Source of the DNA: Tolypothrix carrinoi HA7290-LM1
Lineage (GTDB): Bacteria > Cyanobacteriota > Cyanobacteriia > Cyanobacteriales > Nostocaceae
DNA length: 64,000 nucleotides
NCBI GenBank assembly: GCA_019358935.1
Contig: JAHHIK010000021.1
Location: 24,197 to 88,196 of the forward strand
Direction of reading: 5' to 3'
Below the pieces are notes generated by a model, which saw only the letters and a program-made list of their open reading frames with translations, was not told the DNA's origin and ran no database searches. Of the stretch, positions 10,253 through 21,626 are shown piece by piece. A program made the translations under genes and the position numbers. Positions within the stretch are counted from its first letter, which is position 1; each line of letters starts with the position of its first letter.

Positions 10253-10405
10253 TGGGAATTGGTAATTGCGAATTGGTAATTGGTAATTGGTCAAAGTAGG
10301 TCATTGGGCATTGGGAATAAGAGATTCTTTCCATTACCTATTCCCCATTCCCCATTTTCTATTCCCCATTCCCCATTCCCCATTCCCCATTCCCCATTCC
10401 CCATT
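10253..10405. repeat. STRR arrays (TTGGTAA)n and (TTCCCCA)n
   Basis: Direct reading. Confidence 0.9.
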
Positions 10406-10553
10406 CTCCGGTTTGTTTATCGACTTTTAGTAGTATTATATTTATATATTGTGATATAATATGCGGTGTAATTAATACCTCTAAGGATAGATGAGCGATC
10501 GCCGGGGAAATTCTCATCATATTTGGGTGCAAGTCGATCGTTCACCCCTGTCA

Positions 10554-12152
10554 TCACAGAAATCTGGAAATTCCTTCACTGCTCACTTGAAAGAAACTAA
10601 TGAAATCTTGACGGTCAGTGAGGCGAGGAAGTTTCATTTGACCTGGATTCCATTCACCCGCTTTAGTTTTTGTTACCATATATCGCTCAAACTCTCCTGC
10701 TGGTACATTGATTACACGCAGAGGCTGAAGTACATTCGTTCTTCGTACTTCTTCATACAGGAAATTTGATTGGCATATAGATTGCTCTGTATCCGTTGCG
10801 AATTTCTCTAAATTATCTGGAAGAGTGGAAAAATCAACAGCAACAACGTAATGAGGAAATGGTTCAGTAATAGCCGCACATAAATACTCGCAATACACAC
10901 AATCATTCTTTTTTGCAGCTTCCTTCATAGCGACTGTTATGTGTTCTTCACTCATCTTTTCTGCTGATATATTTACTTCTTTACCCAGACGACGCGAGTA
11001 GACAAATAAAAATGGTTGAGTAGAAACTACTTTAATAATATCGCCGGGAATGTATGTGGTAAAACCTAGATAATTAGAGATGCAAAATACATACTCCTTG
11101 CCAGCTTTGACATCAGCTACTGTATATCTAGTTGGAGTATTTCTATTATGGAACTGCCAGTTGGTATACTCATCAATATCTAAAAATTCATAGAAAGCAT
11201 TTTTAGGCAGCAGTACCATAGCTGGGTCGTGGATATCATACTGAAATCCATAGAAGCCTTCGGAACCGACATAAAACTGAAATATTATACTTTTTGGTAA
11301 ATTTTTTTCTATCCAGTTTTGATATTGAAATGGGTTCACGCCTCCTAAGCTCAAGCATAATAAATTAGTCCAGATTTGAGAAATTTTCAGCTTGCCATCT
11401 TGATAATAAAACTGTTCTAACTCCGCCGCACGTTTTGGATTTACCTCTGCCAAAGCGGGGAATAGTTTTCCATCAAAAGCATTTTCAAGCTGCTGGAGAA
11501 ACATTAATCCATAGGTGCTAACCCCACTCAAACGCGTGACATTTTTTTGTACATAATAAACCGCTATTTGGAGAATTCTCTCTTCCCAATCTGGAATCAG
11601 TTGAATGTTGCGGGGAGGTGCAAACGGATTATCTGGAGGGCTGTTTTTTGCAAGCCAGCCGGTCATAAATCCTAGAGATTTTCTTGTGGCTCCAGTCCCT
11701 ATCGTTCCACAATCACCGCTTGCATGTATGAAAAGACTTTCACCCTCTAATATTTTTAAAGCTTGAGAACCAACACGATAAATAAAACAATTTGTTGGTG
11801 CTGAACTAGCAGCCCACAAATTATTTTCAAATTCTTGATTGTATGGAAATAGTTTAGGTGTTCCAGTTGTTCCTGAAGTTTGAATCCAGTGTGTCAGAGG
11901 GTCTGGAGAAAGTACATTGGTTTACCCTGCAATAATTCGCTCAACATACGGTTTTAAATCGCCGTAATGCTGAATAGGGGTTTGAGATTGAAAGTCTGCA
12001 ATGCTTTGAATTGAGGCATAGCCCCTTTCTTCTCCAATCGCTGTATTTTTCAGTTTATTTAACATAGAAAGAAGGAAGCTTTCCTGCAACTCGAAAAGAT
12101 TCTCATATTCAGTAAGCCAAGCTTCCATTTCGGTTTTAATTTTTGAGTACAT
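10554..12152 (-). pseudogene. GH3 family acyl-acid amido synthetase with one in-frame TAA
   Basis: The two ORF-track pieces are in the same frame: IIAG*TNVLSPDPLTHWIQTSGTTGTPK. GH3 motifs TSGTTG, YVGSEG, FYEF, GDII and QMKLPR are present. Confidence 0.85.
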
Positions 12153-12539
12153 AGTAAGTACCTATTTTGCGTTTTGTAGTAAGCGGACATAAAACAACGC
12201 GCTTACTTCTATATGTAAAGTTTAGACTAGTCAGGAGTGCAAAACTCCAAATATTTACGGCGATTGATGTATATCAAATATAAGCGCACTCACCCAAAAC
12301 TTGAGCAGGGAATTTATAGTATATTTGAACTAAAAATGTCACAAGGGCAATTCCCGGATGCGATCGCCTACGGTGGGCAGAACGCCTTGATGGAAACCCC
12401 TCGCGGTTGCCTTGCCTTGCAGTATCAGTAATTGGGTTTTAATTTCTAAAATAAAATTTTACTTGACAACTAGCTACGTCCTGCTCTCATCTGTAGTGCT
12501 AATATACAACCAAAAGTTAGCACTTACTACATACTGCCA

Positions 12540-13034
12540 ATGTTTTATTATTTTGCGTATGGATCTTGTATGTGTCCGGTGGATTTGAAGCGATCGCTTG
12601 GTGAGAACACGCATCTTTATGTCGTCGGTGCGGCAACGCTAAAAAATTATAAACTGGGGTTTTATCGCTTTTCCCCGACGCGGAAATGTGGGGTTTTGGA
12701 TGTGGTGAAAGATGCGAAAGCTAGCGTGACTGGTGTACTTTATCAGCTACCTTGGCGATTGAGCGATCGCCTCGATTTAAGAGAAGATGTACCTCATGGC
12801 GGTTATCGGCAAGAATTGGTAGATATTCATTGCCAAAATCAAGTATACAAAGACGTTCGCACTTATGTAGTAGTTGAGAAGCTGACAGCGGAAGTTGCGC
12901 CTAACGATTGGTATTTTAATATTGTTTTGCGGGGTGCTGTTACCTGCGGCTTACCAGAAGAATACTGCTGGAGTTTGTTTCATCATATGCACCAATTACA
13001 GCAAAGCAAGCGATCGGCTGATATTTGGGTGTGA
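12540..13034 (+). CDS. Gamma-glutamylcyclotransferase family protein
   Basis: YFAYGSCM, GVLYQL, LDLRE motifs. Confidence 0.88.
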   Translation: MFYYFAYGSCMCPVDLKRSLGENTHLYVVGAATLKNYKLGFYRFSPTRKCGVLDVVKDAKASVTGVLYQLPWRLSDRLDLREDVPHGGYRQELVDIHCQNQVYKDVRTYVVVEKLTAEVAPNDWYFNIVLRGAVTCGLPEEYCWSLFHHMHQLQQSKRSADIWV

Positions 13035-13039
13035 CATTT

Positions 13040-13073
13040 GTAGTAAGCGCTGAAGCGCTTCAGCGCTTACTAC
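13040..13073. terminator. Perfect 34-bp GTAG-type palindrome between convergent genes
   Basis: GTAGTAAGCGCTGAAGCGCTTCAGCGCTTACTAC equals its own reverse complement. Confidence 0.65.
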
Positions 13074-13077
13074 GGGT

Positions 13078-13731
13078 TTACGACTTATGCGAGTGTGACT
13101 TTTCCGGCATGACAATATTATTAGAATTTGCCTTACCGTTTTTACCGTTGGTGTGTCCGTTATTATTGCGGGGATGGATTACACCATAGCCCCCGTGATT
13201 GCGTTCGTAAATGACATTAATTTCATCGGTTTCGCTATTGTGGAACATATAAAAGTCGTGTCCCACCAGTTGCAATTGTTCTAAAGCTTCGTCAACTGTC
13301 ATTGGCGGCATGGAAAAATATTTAGTACGAACAACTTCTGAGGGTAATTCCGGAGTGCGATCGCCAATTAAATCTGTAACTACCTCTGGTTGCACTACTC
13401 CTTCTATCGTTACTTGAGCATTAGTTTTCTTATCTTGACGCCGTTCTTTGTATTTTCGCAGTTGACGGGCAATTTTATCGGCGACTAAATCAATACTGGC
13501 GTACAAGTTCTCGCTGCTTTCCTCGGCACGGATGACGCTACCATTTGCATAAATAGTCACTTCAGCCGATTGTTTAGTATTATTTCGGGGATTGCGAGCA
13601 ACACTAAGGTGAACATCCACTTCGTTTGTTAAGTTTTGAAAATGACTTGCTGCCTTTTCAATTTTTTGATGCACATACTCCCGAATTCCATCGGTGATTT
13701 CGATATTTTTGCCGTGGATGACAAGCTTCAT
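13078..13731 (-). CDS. hpf: Ribosome hibernation promoting factor (long HPF / LrtA)
   Basis: [25 protein letters not shown]-terminal '[20 protein letters not shown]'. Confidence 0.95.
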   Translation of the reverse strand: MKLVIHGKNIEITDGIREYVHQKIEKAASHFQNLTNEVDVHLSVARNPRNNTKQSAEVTIYANGSVIRAEESSENLYASIDLVADKIARQLRKYKERRQDKKTNAQVTIEGVVQPEVVTDLIGDRTPELPSEVVRTKYFSMPPMTVDEALEQLQLVGHDFYMFHNSETDEINVIYERNHGGYGVIHPRNNNGHTNGKNGKANSNNIVMPEKSHSHKS

Positions 13732-14042
13732 CTTATATCTCCCGCTCAATGTTTGATGTGTATTTGGTTTGTTTGAAAGGAAATGACACTAAGGTTTATC
13801 ACTAACGCCAAAATAAATTGTGAACAGAATCGTACAAAGCGTTCTTTTTTTTCGTGGCGTGATGATTATTGCAGAGAATTCCTCCGAACACCATTGAGGT
13901 TATATATTCAAGCTAGCACTTTGTATTTTCCAAAGTAGAAACCCTTGACTTTCCTTTAAAATCCTTTGCAAAGCTTGACAATTGTTGACTTTACATTGTG
14001 TATTTAAGCACTTTTTACTTCTTCTATCAGTTGATTTTTGGC

Positions 14043-14714
14043 ATGAACCGTAGTAATCCTCAGCCATATAACCGTTGTTTGGTATATAACCAAGCATTGA
14101 TGGGATACTCAGATGCTTTAGTGTGGCAGCGATCGCTTTTAAATGAACGCACATCAAACCCGAATCTCGATGACGTGTTAATATTGCTGGAGCATCCACC
14201 CGTCTACACTTTGGGACAGGGAGCCACAACAGAATTTCTCAAAGATATTGACAAAAGCACGCATGATGTGCATCGAGTCGAAAGAGGCGGCGAAGTTACT
14301 TACCATTGTCCCGGTCAATTGGTAGGGTATCCAATTTTAAATCTGCAACGTTATTGCAAAGACTTGCACTGGTATTTGCGACAACTTGAATCCGTATTAA
14401 TCCGCGTATTGGCAGTTTATGGATTGCAAGGCTCGCGCATTCCCGGTTTCACTGGTGTTTGGTTAGAAGGGCGTAAAGTAGCCGCCATTGGCATTAAAGT
14501 TAGCCGTTGGATTACTATGCACGGCTTTGCGTTAAACGTTTGTCCGGATCTGACAGGCTTTGAGCGGATTGTACCTTGCGGTATTGCTGATAAACCTGTA
14601 GGCAGTTTAGCTCAATTCATTCCTGGCATAACTTGTCAAGAAATACGCTCTTGTGTGGCAAAATCTTTTGCAGAAGTATTTAATGTGGAATTGATAGAAG
14701 CAGAGCATCCGTGA
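14043..14714 (+). CDS. lipB: Lipoyl(octanoyl) transferase
   Basis: [45 protein letters not shown]. Confidence 0.95.
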   Translation: MNRSNPQPYNRCLVYNQALMGYSDALVWQRSLLNERTSNPNLDDVLILLEHPPVYTLGQGATTEFLKDIDKSTHDVHRVERGGEVTYHCPGQLVGYPILNLQRYCKDLHWYLRQLESVLIRVLAVYGLQGSRIPGFTGVWLEGRKVAAIGIKVSRWITMHGFALNVCPDLTGFERIVPCGIADKPVGSLAQFIPGITCQEIRSCVAKSFAEVFNVELIEAEHP

Positions 14715-14808
14715 CAAGTTAAACTAGCGTACATAAAAGAGCGATCGCAACATCTCATTTTGTGCCAGGGTGCGAAAGTGTGGAACTCCGGCAGCTACTA
14801 AAAGCGGA

Positions 14809-15612
14809 TTACTTGTTGGCTGACCCAGGCTCACTGAGCTTGCGGTGCTGTTCGGCATTGACGGTATCAGGCAAGACCTTGCTTACCGCGCCCTGAAGCT
14901 TCGTTTTGAGCGAACCTGCGATAATATCGTCCTTACCTGCCATCAGTGCCTCAAAACCTTGCTTGGCAACTTCTGCTGGGTCATCCTTTTTGTCCGTGCC
15001 CACTTTGGTGTCGTCCATCCCCGCACGGTGGAAGAAGTTGGTTTCGGTGGGTCCTGGCATCAGCGCGGTGACGGTGACACCTGTGTCCTTCAATTCGCTG
15101 CGTAATCCTTCTGAGAACGAGTGCAGAAACGCTTTGGATGCTGCGTAGACCGCCTCAAACGGTCCGGGCATCAGGGCAGCGATGGACGACGTGAACAAAA
15201 TGCGACCTTTGCCGCGCTCAACCATGTCCTTCACCACCCGTTTGGCGAGATGGACAGAGGACACGACGTTCAGGTTGATGAGATTGAGCTCGTCCTTGAG
15301 GTCAGTTTCGCGGGCGAAATCGCCGCCAACACCGACACCCGCGTTGATAGCGATCGCATCCACTGGTCGGTTAGTTGCCTTTATCTTGTTGTAGAGCGTT
15401 TCGACACCATCATAGGTAGCAAGATCGGCTTGCACCGTCTCTACCTTGACACCGAGCTCAACAAAGGCTTGAGCTGCTTCGTTGATGCTGGGTCCTGTGG
15501 CTGTAACGAGGAGATCAAAGCCGTTTTGGGCAAACTGTTTGGCGAGTTCGTAGCCAATACCGTTAGATGCACCTGTCACGACAGCCAGGGGTCGGGCTAA
15601 TGAATTGTCCAT
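14809..15612 (-). CDS. SDR family NAD(P)-dependent oxidoreductase
   Basis: TGASNGIG, NAGVG, YAASK; visibly more GC-rich than its neighbours. Confidence 0.92.
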   Translation of the reverse strand: MDNSLARPLAVVTGASNGIGYELAKQFAQNGFDLLVTATGPSINEAAQAFVELGVKVETVQADLATYDGVETLYNKIKATNRPVDAIAINAGVGVGGDFARETDLKDELNLINLNVVSSVHLAKRVVKDMVERGKGRILFTSSIAALMPGPFEAVYAASKAFLHSFSEGLRSELKDTGVTVTALMPGPTETNFFHRAGMDDTKVGTDKKDDPAEVAKQGFEALMAGKDDIIAGSLKTKLQGAVSKVLPDTVNAEQHRKLSEPGSANK

Positions 15613-15656
15613 AACTGTTAAAACGCTATATGTGAGTGTTCCACGCTTGGAAAGCA

Positions 15657-15770
15657 CGCCAGTTGCACGCGGCTGTGCTACAACGGAGGGAACCTCCCAA
15701 CGGGAGAGCCACTACGAATAGACCCTACAGGCAACCGCGCCCGTGGACTCACCGCAACGCACTGGCTCCT
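15657..15770. repeat. Cluster of nested short dispersed repeats (SDR-type)
   Basis: GCCAG...GTGCTACAACGGAGGGAACCTCC...CGCAACGCACTGGCTC; same modules at 16066-16270 and 54664-54719. Confidence 0.75.
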
Positions 15771-16065
15771 CAACAGAACTTTACCTTCCGAAGAAACGAT
15801 GCCTGCGAACAAAGAAAGCCTTTGAGTCGTGACTTCAAAGAAAGCACGGCACTGGCTCGATACTTCCAACCGTCACAATCGTAAGGAGTCAACAGTATGA
15901 TTGCGTCTTTCTAAAGAAGTATCGTTACTCTCAATAAAAGATGTTGCGGAAACTGTACAACGATCGCGTTCCATAGTATTCTTGTACTATTGTTTATCTG
16001 GTTTACATGCTCGTTTGCGATCGCTTGATCATGCACAGGCGATCGCTTTCATTCAATTGGGAATG

Positions 16066-16320
16066 GTGAGTCCAGCGCCCCTTCGGGGTTCGCCAGTCGC
16101 TCATGGGGGAGACCCCCAAGACCGCGCTGGCTCACCGTGCGCGGGTTAAGAGCGTTGAGGAGCCAGTGCGTTGCGGAGCCAGCGCTGTGCGGAGGTCACG
16201 AACGTTGAGGCGACTGGCGTGGGGTTCCCCCCGTTGTAGCACAGCCGCGTGCGACTGGCTCTCCCGTTGGGGGAATTGGGAATGGGGAATGGGGAATTGG
16301 GAATGGGTAATGGGTAATTA
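16066..16320. repeat. Nested SDR cluster followed by an STRR array
   Basis: GCCAGTCGCTCATGGGGGAGACCCCCAAGACCGCGCTGGCTC and GAGCCAGTGCGTTGCG...GGGGTTCCCCCCGTTGTAGCAC modules, then (GGGAATG)n. Confidence 0.75.
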
Positions 16321-16511
16321 AATATGGATTTTGGACTTGTTTTCGCAACGGATGTAAAGTTTTTCCGGTTGGAGTAGGTAAAGCTGGCAATTATGTGATA
16401 AGTAAGACCATCTCTGGTTTAGGATTAAGGCTGGGGTTGTAAAAGCTAGAATGTGTTATTTGTAAGCCGTGACAACTAATATGTAAGCACAACTCAACCA
16501 AAAGAACTTAT

Positions 16512-16712
16512 GTGAATTATTCAACGAATCCAGAGGTATATGCTTCACTGTTAATGGCTATGAAAGAACGTGACTGGAAAGCAATGGTAGAATTGTTTGA
16601 CAGAGAAGACGGTGATGAAATTGAAGCTGATATTAATAGCAAATTGCGGACGGTAATACCCGAACCGTGTTGGGAAGATGACACCTTTGACTTTTTGCGG
16701 GAGTATCTTTAA
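16512..16712 (+). CDS. Small acidic hypothetical protein
   Basis: 66-aa ORF with protein-like composition in otherwise empty space. Confidence 0.55.
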   Translation: MNYSTNPEVYASLLMAMKERDWKAMVELFDREDGDEIEADINSKLRTVIPEPCWEDDTFDFLREYL

Positions 16713-16743
16713 AAAGTGTTAGTTGTTAGTGGATAGGTAATTT

Positions 16744-17499
16744 TTAAACGGCGTTGAGACGACTGAGGAAGGTACGCAGCCTCGTGCTTTGAGGATGTGA
16801 GATGACCTGAAAAGCTGGTCCTTGTTCGGCGACAATACCTTGATCCATAAATATCACCCGATGCGCGGCTTCTCGCGCAAACTGCATTTCATGAGTGACA
16901 ACTACCATTGTCATTCCTTCGGCTGCTAGTTGCTGCATGACTTGCAATACTTCACCGACAAGTTCTGGATCTAAGGCGCTGGTGGGTTCATCAAATAGGA
17001 TAATCTGAGGATTCATGCACAAACTACGAGCGATCGCTACTCGTTGTTTTTGTCCACCGGAAAGTTGTTCGGGATATGCGGATGCTTTGTCAAAAAGTCC
17101 GACTTTTTCTAAATACAACCCCGCTAGTTGAGCGCTTTCTTTCGGTGTTTTCCCTAATACTTTGCGCGGAGCAAGTGTCAAATTTTCTAGCACTGACAGA
17201 TGGGGAAATAAATTGAATTGCTGGAAAACCATGCCTACCTGCGTCCGCAGTTGTCGCAGTTGTCGATTACTGAAATTTTGACTGTGTAGGTCAATACCAT
17301 TAACTGTTAGATGTCCTGCGTTAATTGTTTCTAAACGATTGAAGCAGCGTAGTAGAGTACTTTTACCACAACCAGAGGAACCAATAATTGCTACAACTTC
17401 GCCTCGGTTGATTTCACCGCTGATTCCTTTGAGAACTTTGAGGGAACCAAAGTTTTTCTCAATGTTGTCAAAAGTGATGGCGGGGATGGAATTATTCAT
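16744..17499 (-). CDS. Polar amino acid ABC transporter ATP-binding protein (GlnQ/BgtA-like)
   Basis: [32 protein letters not shown]. Confidence 0.93.
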   Translation of the reverse strand: MNNSIPAITFDNIEKNFGSLKVLKGISGEINRGEVVAIIGSSGCGKSTLLRCFNRLETINAGHLTVNGIDLHSQNFSNRQLRQLRTQVGMVFQQFNLFPHLSVLENLTLAPRKVLGKTPKESAQLAGLYLEKVGLFDKASAYPEQLSGGQKQRVAIARSLCMNPQIILFDEPTSALDPELVGEVLQVMQQLAAEGMTMVVVTHEMQFAREAAHRVIFMDQGIVAEQGPAFQVISHPQSTRLRTFLSRLNAV

Positions 17500-17620
17500 T
17501 TCCTTCGTTAACTACACTACAGGTAATCTGGTTTTAGTTTAGATGATTGTTGGTGAAAGTTAATTTTATTTAACGAACCGCAGAGAAGCAGAGGACGCAG
17601 AGGAAGAGAAGGGAGAGAAG

Positions 17621-19150
17621 ATGATGGTTTGTTGGAGGGTTGTTGTTTGGCTGCGGTTGAGTTTGGTTGTGAGTTTGAGCTGTTTGCTGTTGGTGCTTGG
17701 TGGTTGTAGTTTTAATAATGATGTTAGTGGTGGTCTTAAGACTTTAAGGGTGGCGAATGAACCGGCTTTTCCGCCTTTTGAGTTTAAGGGGGAGGGGGGT
17801 AAGTCGCAAGGTTTTTCGATTGATTTAATGAATGCGATCGCACAAGCGGCTAACTTTCAAGTTGAGTGGCAAAGTCTACCTTTTGATGGCATTATCCCGG
17901 CATTGCAAGCAAATACTGTTGATGCGGCGATTAGTTCTTTTACGATTACAGAGGAACGAGCGAAGACTGTTTCTTTTTCGCGTCCTTATTTTAAGGCGGG
18001 GTTAGCGATCGCTATCCGCGATAACAATAAAGATATTACTACTTTTGAGACTCTAAAAAATCAAAAAATTGCCGTACAAATTGGCACAACTGGCGGCAAA
18101 AAGGCTAAGGAAATTCCCGGAGCGCAAATTCGCAGCTTTGATTCTGCACCTTTAGCTTTGCAAGAATTAGTTAACGGTAATGTCGATGCTGTAATTAATG
18201 ACGCTCCTGTTACTTTATACGCGATTAATACGGGCAATCTCAAGGGAATTAAAGTAGTTAGTCAATTACTGACAGAAGAATATTATGGCATTCCCACACC
18301 GAAAAACTCGCCCAATCTAAAACTAATAAACGATGGTTTAGATAGGGTGCTGCAAAATGGAACTTATTCCCAAATATACCAAAAATGGTTTAAAGTTGAA
18401 CCGCCAGCGTTACCGTTGAAATTACCATTTCAAAATGAGACACGCGCTAGCGGTTCGGGAATATTGAGTTCAATTGGCGTAATTTTGCGGTATTTTCCCA
18501 TTCTATTACAGGGGGCACTAGTAACGCTGCAATTGACGATATTTTCTGTAGTGCTAGGTTTAATTGGCGGTTCTTTAATTGGAATTATCCGCCTTTCTCA
18601 TATTACACCAGTGCGTTGGCTAGCGAGGGCGTATGTAGATTTTTTCCGGGGAACTCCTTTGCTTGTACAAATTTTTATGATTTACTTTGGATTACCAGCG
18701 ATCGCTCTTGAACTTGGTTTCCCTCTCAACTTTAATCGTCTTGCAGCAGCGATACTAGCATTAAGTTTAAATAGCGCTGCCTACATTGCGGAAATCGTCC
18801 GTGCTGGTATCCAATCAATTGAAGTTGGACAATCGGAAGCCGCACAATCACTAGGTTTGAGTTCAACAGAAACAATGCGCTATGTGATTTTTCCCCAAGC
18901 TTTGCGACGAATGTTACCACCTTTGGGCAATGAATTTATTAGTTTACTTAAAGATACTAGCTTAGTTGCTGTTATCGGCTTTGAAGAATTGTTCCGCCAA
19001 GGGCAATTAATTGTAGCAGAAAACTTTCGCCCCTTTGAAATTTATGCGTCTGTAGCGGTAGTTTACTTATGCTTGACACTGCTTTCTTCACAAGTGTTTA
19101 GTCGCTTAGAAACGTGGATGAATCCGGTTAAGCGATCGTCTAAATCTTGA
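17621..19150 (+). CDS. bgtB: Fused amino acid-binding plus permease subunit (BgtB-like)
   Basis: Lipoprotein-like signal, SBP_bac_3 domain 'EPAFPPFE', permease 'FRGTPLLVQI...GQSEAAQSLG'. Confidence 0.8.
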   Translation: MMVCWRVVVWLRLSLVVSLSCLLLVLGGCSFNNDVSGGLKTLRVANEPAFPPFEFKGEGGKSQGFSIDLMNAIAQAANFQVEWQSLPFDGIIPALQANTVDAAISSFTITEERAKTVSFSRPYFKAGLAIAIRDNNKDITTFETLKNQKIAVQIGTTGGKKAKEIPGAQIRSFDSAPLALQELVNGNVDAVINDAPVTLYAINTGNLKGIKVVSQLLTEEYYGIPTPKNSPNLKLINDGLDRVLQNGTYSQIYQKWFKVEPPALPLKLPFQNETRASGSGILSSIGVILRYFPILLQGALVTLQLTIFSVVLGLIGGSLIGIIRLSHITPVRWLARAYVDFFRGTPLLVQIFMIYFGLPAIALELGFPLNFNRLAAAILALSLNSAAYIAEIVRAGIQSIEVGQSEAAQSLGLSSTETMRYVIFPQALRRMLPPLGNEFISLLKDTSLVAVIGFEELFRQGQLIVAENFRPFEIYASVAVVYLCLTLLSSQVFSRLETWMNPVKRSSKS

Positions 19151-19375
19151 AGTTGATAGTTGATAGTTGATAGTTGATAGTTGATAGTTGATAGTTGATA
19201 GTGGAGAGTTGTTAGGTGATAGTTGATGGTGGAGAGTTGTTAGTTAATAGTTGATAGTTGTTAGGTGATAGTTGATGGTGGAGAGTTGATAGTTGAGTGT
19301 TCAACTACCCACGCTCCCACGCTCCCACTATCCACTATCCACTATCCACTATCCACTATCCAATAACTACTAACA
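19151..19375. repeat. STRR arrays (GTTGATA)n and (CTATCCA)n
   Basis: Direct reading; between convergent genes. Confidence 0.9.
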
Positions 19376-19388
19376 AATAACCACTTAC

Positions 19389-19949
19389 TCATTTATACAA
19401 ACTCCGATATTCCCAAGGATTAATAAACTTAGCATCACTCCAAACGCCGCGTTTTTGTTGCTTCGCTTCGGCTTCAGCCTGTTCAACTAAATCTCTACTA
19501 GGACACTTATTTAAGTAAGGACGATACGCTTTTGCTAATCCTTCACGCAGCAATACTTGTTGAACTAAAGTGCCATTTTTTAAACGCACTTCGGCAACTT
19601 TTCGTCCGTAACGGTCGCTATCAGTAATATTTAAAGTGACGCGATCGCTACTTTGTTTGACTAGTTGCTGCACTCTTTCTTGCGCTTTCGCACCCCAATT
19701 AAATTGATTGCGATCGCTTGCACGTTTACTTTCTCTTTCTTTTTTGGAATGCGGTACTTCTGGTGCATCCATACAAGCAAAGCGCACGGTGATATTGTTA
19801 CCTTTGGCATCTTTGACTGTTAAAGTATCACCATCACTGATTCTTTCTACTACATTTCCAGAGGGTGGGAAGATGCGATCGCATCCCATCAAAGACAAAA
19901 TCAGGATGGCTGCACAAAACCAAATTAGCGGCTTAATTAATTTCTCCAT
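19389..19949 (-). CDS. Thermonuclease (SNase-like) lipoprotein
   Basis: SDGDT, RFACMDAPE, DRYGR, REGLA, KRGVW. Confidence 0.92.
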   Translation of the reverse strand: MEKLIKPLIWFCAAILILSLMGCDRIFPPSGNVVERISDGDTLTVKDAKGNNITVRFACMDAPEVPHSKKERESKRASDRNQFNWGAKAQERVQQLVKQSSDRVTLNITDSDRYGRKVAEVRLKNGTLVQQVLLREGLAKAYRPYLNKCPSRDLVEQAEAEAKQQKRGVWSDAKFINPWEYRSLYK

Positions 19950-20137
19950 TTAAACTACCAAAATCTTCCTTTGGGATGATACTACTAAAATGGAAATTTA
20001 CTAGTTTAACTTTTTTATTATGGTAGAGAATTTATAAATTGGCGCGTCACGATTTTATAACAAAGTAAAGTTATCATTCAAATTATCTTTGATTAGTATA
20101 GGTAATGTAGACGACGCAAAATCAGCGGGAATCTTTG

Positions 20138-20884
20138 ATGAACTTATTTACGCATTTCATGCATTTGCTGGGTTCTGGTGTTGCGGCTTATTACTCTGCG
20201 AGTCAAATTCGCGATCGCAAAACGCGCCCCAACGTCCTGGCAGGATTCCAGCTAGCCGAATCTGGTTCAGTACCTTTTCTCGAAGCTTTAAGCCAACGTG
20301 CAGCGCAAGAAGGCGATACATGGCTGGCAGAGAAACTCGCAAAACACGCATCAGATGAAAATAGGCACGGTCAAATTTTTGCCCATGCCTTAAAACAGCT
20401 TGATAAACAAGTGATTGATTTTAAGAGTTTGCCGAAGAAAACAGACGAAAAGAAATCACAACAAAATCGCAGTCCCTTTTTTGCTGCTTATTTTGAAGGT
20501 TATTCTCAAGAACAGCTAAAACCAGATGCCATTGACTGGAATGTATTTATGGCTAGCACCTACATTCTAGAATTGGATGCTAGCAAAGACTTTCGACGGA
20601 TGGCGAACGTGTTACCTGATGATAACCCAAGCGATCGCAACCTCAAATTAGGAATGTTAAGCATTGCCACAGACGAAACCGGTCATGCTGCTTATCTTTA
20701 CGAAGCAATGATGCGGCGGATGCCTGCTTTAGAAGTGCAGAAACTCACTACCGAGTGGCGCACCCGCAAAGTAAACGCCTTATTAGCAATGGTTGGCGGT
20801 ATCCTCCAGCGCAACGGCAACACACCTTCCCTCGTACAAGATGCTGCACCAACAGAAAACGAGCCAGAATTGATTGTTGCTTAA
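20138..20884 (+). CDS. Ferritin-like domain protein
   Basis: Paired ExxH motifs DENRH and DETGH. Confidence 0.75.
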   Translation: MNLFTHFMHLLGSGVAAYYSASQIRDRKTRPNVLAGFQLAESGSVPFLEALSQRAAQEGDTWLAEKLAKHASDENRHGQIFAHALKQLDKQVIDFKSLPKKTDEKKSQQNRSPFFAAYFEGYSQEQLKPDAIDWNVFMASTYILELDASKDFRRMANVLPDDNPSDRNLKLGMLSIATDETGHAAYLYEAMMRRMPALEVQKLTTEWRTRKVNALLAMVGGILQRNGNTPSLVQDAAPTENEPELIVA

Positions 20885-21030
20885 CACTTAAGCTAATAGG
20901 TAAAAATTAAGCCTTGGCGACTAGAAGTCGCACGCGGCTGTGCGCGTCTGCCGGGGAACCCGGACGCCGTGCATCTGGCGTGCGATTTTAATCGTCAGGT
21001 GCATTCCGGTTACTTTTACCATTCCTGCTT

Positions 21031-21168
21031 TTAAGCGTTGGCAAACATCCCCAACATAGTTAACAATACAACTAATCCACACACCCAAAGTAGCAACGAC
21101 CCCCAACTGACAGAATCTTGTTGTACTCTCTGCCACAAATTGGTAACTAAGTTATTACGAACAGCCAT
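21031..21168 (-). CDS. Putative 45-aa single-TM small protein
   Basis: MAVRNNLVTNLWQRVQQDSVSWGSLLLWVCGLVVLLTMLGMFANA*, with GGAGGGG immediately upstream. Confidence 0.5.
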   Translation of the reverse strand: MAVRNNLVTNLWQRVQQDSVSWGSLLLWVCGLVVLLTMLGMFANA

Positions 21169-21518
21169 TTTATCCCCTCCAAATTTTGCTAAACCTGTAC
21201 TCAACTCAAGTTAACTTCATCCTTGAAAGTAATAAGCTCAAAAATGCTTACTTCCAAAGACTAATTAACAGCGATTTAAATACATGGAAAAATGCAGCAG
21301 GGGCTAACGCGTTGCCTTGCCAAAACAAAAACTTACAAAAAGAAAATTTTTCTTTTTAACCTAATATTTATCTTCTCATAATTGAGCGTTTAAACTAGGA
21401 AAATTTAAGAAACTTGAAAACATTCTTAACGCACTAAGATAACTCTTTAGTAGTCGGCGCTCTTGTTTGCTCTTCGCGCCGACACTTGTGGCAGTGCATA
21501 ACTGAGGAATCACAACCA

Positions 21519-21626
21519 ATGGAAAAATTCAAGACTTTATTGCGGGTTCGGCACTACGAAATGGATGCTTTGGGACATATCAACAACGCCGTTTACCAAA
21601 ACTACTTAGAATCCCCACATGACTGA
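21519..21626 (+). pseudogene. Truncated acyl-CoA thioesterase (4HBT family), 5' end only
   Basis: MEKFKTLLRVRHYEMDALGHINNAVYQNYLE then an abrupt stop; GAGGA RBS upstream. Confidence 0.8.

Noticed and set aside
14845..15600. Long antisense ORFs over the SDR oxidoreductase
   Set aside because: Expected shadow frames in a GC-rich gene.
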